DNA of 56,714 nt, counting the filler, from Trypethelium eluteriae (Eukaryota), in assembly GCA_051942245.1 (NCBI GenBank). It is 3 parts of 3 records of this genome, joined end to end, with 100 filler letters (N's around TTAATTAATTAA, not from the genome) between each part and the next. Parts side by side here need not be neighbours in the genome. Positions count along the whole stretch, not along the records: positions 37,907 to 56,714 come from JAVECL010000548.1; 2 more parts are not named here. The stretch is one strand, 5' to 3'. Shown piece by piece: positions 47,551 through 56,714 of this stretch (its first letter is position 1; each line of letters starts with the position of its first letter). The notes under the pieces are model-generated. The model searched no databases, was not told the DNA's origin, and saw nothing but the letters and a program-made list of their open reading frames with translations. The position numbers and the translations under genes are program-made.

Positions 47551-49339
47551 TCATAGTATGGCGGTGGTACTAGCTTCTTGGTCAGATCCCACAACCGTAA
47601 TCGAAGCTTGCTTTTTAATTCGTTGTCGAAATGTCGCGGCGTGTTGACGTCGTAATTCGGAGACCAACTTTACGACCTTCCTCTGATGCGTAGCGGCTTG
47701 CATGAGTTTATTGAGGAACAACGTATGTGTACGATCATTCTGCGAAGCTGATGTCCCATTCCGAGTAATCCGCGCTCTACGATAGTTGAAGAATGCAATC
47801 CTGATCGGTGGCGTGGTGTGCTCGCGCACAAAGCCTTGAAGAAGCCTCAAGAACTCCTGGATCTGAAGTTCATCCCTGCTAGCTCGCCCTAGGAGATCGG
47901 CTTCAATGATGATGAATAGGGTCGGGAGAACTGAGGCTATTTTCCCAAGCACTTTGAGCCAGTCCTCCCCACTGGTCGCGCTTGCAACGAGTGCGGCGTT
48001 GAAATTTTGGGACACTCTTTCTCCGACAGCGCTTGGGTCGAGCTGTAGAGCCTGCATTGTCAGATACTTGAAGAGTTCAGATGTTGAATCTGTGCACTTT
48101 GCTCCATTGAAGCCTTTGAGGGCCCAAAGGACAGGTGTTTTGGAGGACCTGATAAGCTCGGTCGTGTAAGTTCCGATTATTAGACTTTCTAAGCGCGTTG
48201 ACAATGTACCGCTGACAATGAGCAGGCTGGACTTTGTTTCCGAAGCCCAAGCCTTAAGAGTCGGTGACATCAGGAAACCATCAAGATGCATCGAGAGACT
48301 CACTTGGCGTCGGGAACACGAGGCAATCCGTCGGCGTAAGCTCTCATTCGGAGCCAGGAGCGATGGTAAAGAAGTGGCAGCAATCATCAATGTTACTTGA
48401 GTCTCGCGCGTCATTCGCTGTGTAGTGAGTAATATTCCTGAATTGACTGTTTGATGTGCTGCTCCTGTCAGCTTTCGTCAGCGCAACCGGCTTGTAGACT
48501 TACACAGGAGCATCTGCTGCATGCTTATAAGGAGTTGTAACGTCTGAGTCTGCAGCTGCTGAGCTTCGGTCATCACAGGAGTAACCTTGTTTTGTTCGAG
48601 TCGCAGAGCCTTCTGTTCAGATAGACAATCCTGGACAAGGGCGTAAATGCTCCTTATCTCCTGATGCGCCATCGTGATCGCGAGGCTCTCGATTAATCGC
48701 GCCTGGCTATTGATGCGCTCGATGAGGTCTCCAAACTCGAGACGGAATGGCTTGATCAGGGCTCTGGCAATATGTTTTAATCGACTAGCTTGGTACCAAC
48801 GAAGCGCACGTTGGTAAAACAACATTAGCAAGGCGTAAAGCTCTTCTACGACTCTTTTCATCTCTGCTGTCGGATACAGCACAAGGTGTAGCTGCGTTTG
48901 AGGTAGGGTATCAGAAACTTTTGCTAACGCTTTCGCAAGTTCGGTCACTAGTTCTTCATGGTTCAAAACAAGCTAGAATCATAGGTTAATCTCGTGTAAA
49001 GTCTTCGAAGGTTCCGCGATCCAAGCATACCACAAAGATTAGCTTCATAGTTCCCCACCCTAATGAAACATATTCAGGATGATGCTGCACCAACATATCC
49101 ATGATGTTGGCATAATACATGATACCGGCCGAGACTTGGTTGATGTATTTTCTTGCCCTTGAATTGGTCCGGACATCGTACCGTTCTTTGGCAACCAGCA
49201 ACACATTTTCAACATCATGCAGAGTACTCTTCTCGGATAACCATTTCTTCTTGTCCGACGAAGTGGTGTATTTGGTTTTGAACAATGCAACTGCATTTTG
49301 GTACGTCTCCTCAGCAAGGGCAAGGTGGTCTGCGGACAT
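47551..49339 (-). CDS. NLR-related protein: helical N-terminal domain plus degenerate NACHT-like domain, no C-terminal repeats
   Basis: Three exons (introns ~49030-48973 and ~48503-48459) splice in frame. QHHPEYVSLGWGTMKLIFV and LYPT..M...V..LYA motifs are typical of fungal NACHT N-termini. W..ETKSSLLIVSG lacks the following GK[ST]. Confidence 0.75.
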
Positions 49340-49814
49340 GCTTGTGACAGATCAGTACTGCACCATGTACGTACAAGGTCTGGCGAACGTGGTTGCCAAG
49401 CACAGGCTCCTTACCTCACCCTATGAGTTCTCTAGCTAGGACGACACCTCTCTTGACAACAAGACCGATTCAATATAAATGACAACTCGTTGTGATTTGC
49501 GTTCACCGGATACATCAATGATATGGCAAGCGGAGCAAATCACCTACAGCCTCTTCAGACTCGCTACTTCCGCATGTGACCGTCAATAGCTCGTTAGTCC
49601 TTAGCGTGGCTGTGCAGTTGCCTCGTCAAGATGCAAAGCATCGCAATATAGTATGACTTGGCCTGCGGTAGATCCGAACGAGGCAAGCTCAGCCTTGTCA
49701 CCAAAGGTCTACCATACAGCCTTGTTTAATCGTCCGGAAAGTCTACATCTCAGCTTCGGGGCCTTCAACGTCGTTCATCATAAAAGCGATCTGTCTCAAA
49801 TTATGGTGGAATAG

Positions 49815-52800
49815 ATGGATCCTACTTGGCCCGCTACTACAATGCCTCCCCAGAGGCCTCCAAGACCTTCAAGTGCTCAGCGATTCGATGCTCACGATCT
49901 AGCCTTGGGAAAACACCAGCCTCAGAGTTCAGCGACCAAGGGGCAGATCCTTGACATCGACAAAGGCACCATCGATAGGACTATATCGAAAGACGCGACC
50001 GGCGACGCCAAAGCCAAAGGTTATGAGCTACTCGCTAGGTTCGATAAAAATGTCCAGTGGCAAGAACCTCACGCGAGTCAAGACGAGAACTTCTCCCCGT
50101 CTCTTGATGGAACACACCCCAATCCGGTAGCGCCGTCAGGTCCAGTTCCTCCTCAAGACTCATTGAATTCTGCTCATCTCTATTCTGGGCAAACAATGTT
50201 TCCAGAGCCAGTTGCTTCTCCAGAGCTACCCAGCCCCCCAAGAAGGGTTGCGCCTCCCGGGCCAGTCGCTCCCCCAGGACTGGACCCTACACCACAACCA
50301 ATGTTGTCTCCGGACCTGGTCCATCCGCATCAGCCAGTGTTCTCGACAGTACCATCAATTCTTCCTCCAGTACCATCATTCTCCCCTCCAGCGCGATATC
50401 ACGCTCCTCCAGGACAAAACCCTCCTCGGAGAGCAGTCCCTTCAGAGTTGTACAATTTTGAACCGTCACTTGTCGATGTGAGAGCATCGAAATATCTGCC
50501 AGCGCCAGTCCTTCCAGGGCAGCAACCTCCTGGAGAGATAGAATTATATCCAACGCCAGCCCCTTCAGACTCCTTCAACTATCCTCGAGCATCAAGCCTT
50601 GGTCCAAGGTCAGACCATCCTTTTCGACCCGGTCCTGCTCTAAGAAACACGCCGCCCTCTCCTCCCAGGACGTCTTCCACCATCACTGGCACGGATGACT
50701 CCTCATTCCGTGCACAGCCAGATGTTGCAAATCTCGTACCACATGACTATCAGACGCAGCAACAGCTGTCAGAGCAATGTAAACGAAAGAAGCTTTTAAA
50801 GAAACGCCAAGTAGAACAAATGGACATGGGTCGTATCAATACAGCACAAGCCGGTGGTGTATCGCCTACAGTCCAACCTACAATAGGACAAATACAAAAT
50901 CACCCTACTCCACCGCTGAGAAATCCTCATCAGATAAAAGGGCATTGGGGAAGTGAATCTAAACATGCTCAGAGAGTTGCTACAGCCGCTCTACAGCAAC
51001 AGAACTTCTTCAGTCCTTCTCAACCTCGACCACGGATTTTCCAGTCAGAAAATGATAGAGTCTCAAAACCAGCGGCACAGTTGTCGGGACTGGAAAAATC
51101 GATCCTGGATCGAACCACGAGTAGACCTGTCTTGCAGACACGCAATGAATTGCGTAGAAGCTTTATTCCCAAAAGAGTTGTATCATTTCCGCCGGAAAAG
51201 CATGGCCAGGAAAGTGAATTGAGTCAGATTATCACCACGTATCACACTCCTGCTACTCAACGTTCTTTGTCTAAAGCAAATTGTGATCGAGCAGATGAAA
51301 TCTCTGCCTCCATTGGCCAGGCTTTCGACTCCACCCCATATTTTTCACGTCCGGTACATGCCGCTCCACTCTAACAGCGTTGGTCAGGATCGCTATTAGA
51401 TTCAGATGGGCGCTCAACTACATCTGAAAAGGAGCAAATAGTCCGACTCCCGAGTAAGAAGGCTCCAAAGCATTGCGGTGAACAGCTTGATGATCCCCTG
51501 CTCTCTACAACCGAGCGCTTTCATAGATACAACAGGACTGCGCTCCAGGCGCAGTGGCAGTCGGATGGAAAACTTGATCAACTAAATGCAAAACACCAAA
51601 AAAAAGTTCTCTTACCACTTTCTTCAGCGAGAGGACAAGCCTCGAATGACCAGCCTTCAGACTACAAACTTTCCCAAAGTTCAAAAGCGGCCGCCGAATC
51701 GTCCCCTATCTTGGACAAAGCCTTAAAGATAGACGATACAGTCCAGATTACAGAATCCAAGACATCTCCTGCCTCAAACGCAGGTGCTGGGAATTCAGAC
51801 TTCGGAATGGTTGAAGGAACACGACTTTCGTCTGATACTCCGGCGCAAGACTCAACGCCGAAAGAAAAACTTCACATCGCACTTCCGAGGAAGCTGGCGC
51901 CTATTGATGTTCTCGATCGACTCGGTTGCCCGTACGAGATCGACCAGGTAAATACTGAATGTTTTAGGCTTTGGCGTGACTTGTATTGACATCACCTTCA
52001 GGGCCATCCAGATTCTGTACTAGTTTCGGAACAACTGGTAGTCACTATTCTCCAGCTGTTGTCAACATCTGCAGTGACTGGTCTAGAGGAGGATCAAGCG
52101 AGGGAAGGAAAGATTCGGTTCAGTACTCTCCTAGGATCCGCGAGGGCTGAAGACGAAGCCGGTGAACTGAGTCACTCCATGACAAACGATTCCGAAAGCC
52201 ATTCTTCTGAATCAGAAAGCCATATAGAGACAGCATTCATACCCCAAGATCCTCAAAATCACCACTATTTGATTGAAAACCAAGAGTTACGTGCGCAGAT
52301 TGGCAAGCTACAAAGGCGAGTGGCGGAGCTCTCTCATCAAGATTGCGAAAATGACAAGTGTACACCATGGCCTGTACTCCATCGAGTATACTGCCCGAGA
52401 ATGCCTATTCCAGCCACCTATATTGACACGCCAATTTGGGTTCGAGATGCTGACCATCGTCACCTCGATGGGCGCCGTCGTATACCTGACGAAGAGGAGT
52501 GGGAAAGTCGTCAGGATGGGAGCGCTTTTGTTGTATTTCTAGAATATTATTGCAAGGGTGATGAGCAAGGCCCTCCAAAGAAACTGAATCAGAGACGCAA
52601 GCGTCGAGCACCTGAGCGCTTGCACGCCTTTGTCAATATGGAGAAACAAGACGAAGATCTCTCCATTGCAAAACCACTCTCTGAAGAAGTCCATATTCTT
52701 TCGAATGATCTGAGAGAAGCTGTCAGCGACCTGCTTCTGAGTACTTCTAGACTCGCTGAGTATTACCCTGTTGATTTTGATCTATACAGTCGCCTCAACT

Positions 52801-54919
52801 CTCCTTACGTATTTCATTACCACTTCTCCCAAGAATTTAATGAGGAGTCAAAAGAGTCATGCAGCTTTACGCATGATTGCAGCGATGACTTTCATCTTCT
52901 ACAGCAATATCTCAAAACGCAAACAGAGCCTACAGAGCGTGAAGCAAATGATCTATTTGCTCGGGGCATCGTTACCCCCCTTTACCTCCCATACCTATTT
53001 CCACCCGGAGGGCTATTAGTCACGGATAGTGACGACGGACTCCTAGTCGTTCAGCAAATTGGTAAAATCTCATCAGACCTCTCAAAGAAATCCACTACCT
53101 CTCCTTCTGAGTCGCAAACATGGAAGAATGTAGGGATTCCCGTTCGCAAAATCGAGTTTGATGGTAAGTTTCGAGCGAAAAGGGACATGGTTCCTCTTGA
53201 ATGCTCCAATGAGGACGAGAAATACGCCAAGATCCAAGATCTATCGATATACCCTCTCAAATATGCAGATGAAGAAATTCAAAAGCACCTTTGGGAGAGG
53301 GGGCAGTTCTTTCGCAGCTGTAAGAACGGAAGATACGTCGTCGGACCATCTCAGAATGATGATGGACTGGTAAGTCTTGAGTTTCATTTCTTGGAGTTGC
53401 TCAATCTCGCACTCGCTAAATACCGCATAGTCTGACGTTAGATACATGGTTGATGCTCTGACATACAACATTCTTCATAAATATAAGAACTCCCAATTTG
53501 AATTTCTCAAGAATCAGTCAGATCCGAACATCATCGACGACAGCAATGATGAAGAATTCGTCCTTCGTCTACCACCTACGATTCAAGGGTTTCATATGCA
53601 AGATAAAAAGTGGTGTATGCAAATTTTCTTTGATCGTCCTTGCTCATACAGATAGAACTAAGAATCCGCAAGCTCTCCGGGCCATGAGCTTTAGATTTGG
53701 AATCACTCAATGACCATTTCTCAGTCAAACTTCCAGTCGACAAGTTAAGGCCTGTTGAATGGAATGAAAATGCCTTTGGCAGCCTTGCGGTGAATGACGA
53801 TACGAAAGAGCTTGTTGAAGCCCTTGTCACAAACAAGATCGAGGCAGACAAAGGAACCGACCTTGTCGCGGGAAAAGGTACAGGATTGATTATGTTGCTC
53901 CACGGGTAAGTCTCAGAACGCGTTCTTCTTGATGAAGCTCTGATAGTAGCAACGACAGAGGACCAGGGACCGGGAAAACTCTAACAGCGGAGAGGTAAAG
54001 CTTTGTCGTGGATCCAACTTTTCAACCTTCTACTAATTGGTTCCCGTCACTAGTGTGGCTGAGATCGCCAAGAAACCACTATATCGTGTAACTTGCGGCG
54101 ACGTTGGGGCGAGTGCGAAAGGCGTAGAGGAGGTGTGTCAGCTCTTCAGTGCTCAACGCGACTAGTGACACTCATGCATTTTGTCCAGTATCTTGAATCA
54201 GTGTTTCAGCTCGGAAGGACATGGGATTGCGGTATGGCTCTGACTCCATCGCAGCAAGTTTCCCAGGCTAACACATGCAGTCGTCTTGCTTGATGAAGCA
54301 GATGTCTTCCTCGAGCAGCGCTCTCTCGCTAGCCTTGAGCGCAATGCTTTCGTCTCAGGTACTTCTTGTCCCAGATCGCCATCTCTTTCACAGCACTGAC
54401 AAAGATATCCAGTATTCCTCCGCGTTCTTGAATACTATGACGGTAAGCTGCACGTTCCCTTCAATAAGAGCCTTCCTTGTTTTCCTCTAAATTCTTTATG
54501 AACTAGGCATCCTTCTTCTGACAAGCAACCGTGTTGGCACCTTCGACGAAGCTTTCCGCTCTCGCATCCAGCTGGCCCTCCACTACAAGTCCCTCGACGA
54601 ACCTCAGCGCTCCAGAATCTGGAACAATTTCATCCAGCGCCTCGAGAATTTGGGAGAAGATATCGATGTAGACGACATTCGGGGACACCTGTCAGATCTT
54701 GCGCGATCTCAGATGAACGGACGTCAAATAAGGAACGTAGTCACAACGGCGAGGCAGTTGGCGAAGTTCCGGAAGCAGAGAATGGGGTTCAGTCATTTGC
54801 ACAAGGTTATTGGAATTTGTAAGCGATTTGATGATTATTTAGTTGAGGTCAAGGATGTAATCGAGGTGGAGGATCAGCCAAAGGAAGAGGAGTGGGCGAG
54901 GGATGAGGGGATTAGATGA
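49815..54919 (+). CDS. Large fungal AAA+ ATPase with a Pro-rich disordered N-terminus
   Basis: Multi-exon gene. Walker A IMLLHG|GPGTGKTLTAE, SVAEIAKKPLYRVTCGDVG, Walker B VLLDEADVFLEQRS, ILLLTSNRVGTFDEAFRSRI, lid MNGRQIRN. Joining the 5' ORF (49815-51374) to the rest is inferred. Confidence 0.85.
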
Positions 54920-56073
54920 GGTAGATGCTCTCGAACTCGGTGAATTGAGGACGATGCTTTCGTGAGTGTGTAGTACAGAGAAGCGTGAGTAGTCACCCAT
55001 GAATGGGCGATAACGCTTGAGAGTCAGTCGTGTGCACTCGCGATTGTACCTTGTCCCGCCCAATCACGTTCTCACCATCAGGTCTCGCCGTCATCCATAT
55101 CAAAGTTTCCGACGGCTCTCGTAGCCTCCGTGAATTGTGATATGGTCAATACTTTCCATCTAGCTGCTTCGTGCCTGCGTCTCCAAGCACAGGTGTGGGA
55201 GTCTTCGCCGTCAAATTGGAGCTCCCTTCCTCCAGGGCTTCTTTGGAGATTTTGTGCCGCTTTTTTGAGACCTTGAAAGCTGGGTGATGAAGATAGATGA
55301 TATGTTTTGCGTCAATCGTAAGCTCACAGATTCGGCTATGCGTACGAACAATGGCAACGGATATGAAAGTCAATGGTGATTTCTGCTGGACATTTTCAGA
55401 CCTGACTGTTCTATCCAATCCAGTCATCCATGGTGTCTCCAAAGAAGTCGTTGGTCCATGTTGTTCAATCAGTGATTTCCAACGGCATCTTCAGAATAGC
55501 GATAGATATATGAGGACCAATTGACTACACATAAAGTCCATTTCTGCTTTCGGGCGTGAGTTATGGAAGGATGTAACACGAGCGCTGAGTCAGCAGGCTG
55601 AGCCGTGGCTGAGCATGCCGTGAGCTCCCTTGAGCTGCCGTGAGCTAAATCCCTCTACCCTGGTAATATTAGAAGGAGCCTGCCTAAGGTAGTTCACGGC
55701 TCCTTGAGCGCGGTAATACTCTACTTGCCTCTACCAAATCAATCGCAAGGGTTCCAAGGCTTTGTAACAAAGATCTTCCAACCAATAGCGAAACCACTAG
55801 AAAGCCAGCAATAAAAGAAGTCAATTTGCATCAAGTAAATTGAGGTATTGCAATACAATATCTTACGATAAATTACCTCGAGTTTTTCGACGCTCCATGC
55901 TTAGCTGATCTGGCCTAAACTGATGTAATGAACGAAATTTGTGATGAAGTAGATACCGGCGGCCGGACGTTGCTCTATCCGAGATGGCAACTTCAGACTT
56001 AAACCCCCATTGACTTTACCAACCTCCCTACTAATTGAGTTCCTCTTCTGTAGTCAAGAAGCTTCTTTAAGCC

Positions 56074-56714
56074 ATGTCAGAAACGCGCAGAAAGCCACCT
56101 AAGTTGGGCAAGCCCAAGAGCCAGAACCACTCCACCACCAATGAGCACGCCGAAGCGTCGGACACTACACAAGCGCCACGCAAGAAGCCTCCCAAATTAC
56201 AGCCCAAGACCCACTCCGATACCTCCAAAGCATCTCCTGAGCTCCAAGCACCCTCCTCCTCCCCATCACAGAAGCTTCCCAGCCCATCCACCCAGCCCAG
56301 CGCTCAGAAAAAGAAACCCGCCAAGCTCAAAGACAAGCAGCAACAGCAGCAACAACAACAGACACCAGAGAACCAAATACCATCCCCAGAACAAGCATCC
56401 CAAGCCGTCAAGGCCGCCGAAACAGCCGCCGAGGCATCGAAAGCACAACAACAAGCCTCCGAGCTCAAAGCAAAAGCAGCCAAGACCACAGACCCCGAAG
56501 AATACAAAAAACTCACCACTGAAGCCGTGAACTCACAAAAGCGCGCATTGCGGCAAAACAAGACGGTCCAAAAACTCGAGTCCGGCCCCTGGCAAGGCGC
56601 CGGAATGGGTGGCGCAGGAGGCATGGCTGTCGGTGCAGGCACTGGGACTGTTGTTGGGGGCGTCGTGGGTGTGCCGACGACGGCGCTTGGAGCGGGGGTT
56701 GGGGCCGGTGTGGG
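56074..56714 (+). CDS. Hypothetical protein with Lys/Pro-rich N-terminus, coiled coil and Gly-zipper C-terminal region; runs off the window
   Basis: MSETRRKPPKLGKPK... is open to the window end. LESGPWQGAGMGGAGGMAVGAGTGTVVGGVVGVPTTALGAGVG. Confidence 0.8.
   Translation, partial: MSETRRKPPKLGKPKSQNHSTTNEHAEASDTTQAPRKKPPKLQPKTHSDTSKASPELQAPSSSPSQKLPSPSTQPSAQKKKPAKLKDKQQQQQQQQTPENQIPSPEQASQAVKAAETAAEASKAQQQASELKAKAAKTTDPEEYKKLTTEAVNSQKRALRQNKTVQKLESGPWQGAGMGGAGGMAVGAGTGTVVGGVVGVPTTALGAGVGAGV

Overview
Eukaryotic DNA from a filamentous ascomycete (Pezizomycotina). Genes carry short GT-AG introns with CTRAC branch sites. The window is three contigs joined by artificial 100-bp spacers (N44-TTAATTAATTAA-N44 at 18856-18955 and 37807-37906). 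About 22 protein-coding genes or gene fragments can be read. They include RAD23, a GH5 exo-1,3-beta-glucanase, a SET-domain protein, GTP cyclohydrolase II (RIB1), a GH47 alpha-1,2-mannosidase, an App1-like phosphatidate phosphatase, an Apple/PAN-like Ser/Thr-rich secreted protein, a SAM methyltransferase, a SUR7/PalI protein, an MFS permease, a CBM-less GH6 cellobiohydrolase, a degenerate NACHT-like protein and a large AAA+ ATPase. Three elements stand out. (1) A secreted 79-aa-repeat precursor at 14063-14962 with Kex2 sites, X-A/X-P dipeptide runs and five variable C-x6-C cores, resembling alpha-pheromone/KEP precursors but with non-pheromone core sequences. (2) A 253-bp Tc1/mariner-type MITE with perfect 34-bp TIRs and a TA target duplication. 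(3) A head-to-head pair of a P-loop-dead NACHT-like gene and an intact AAA+ ATPase. All calls come from reading the sequence; no database search was run.
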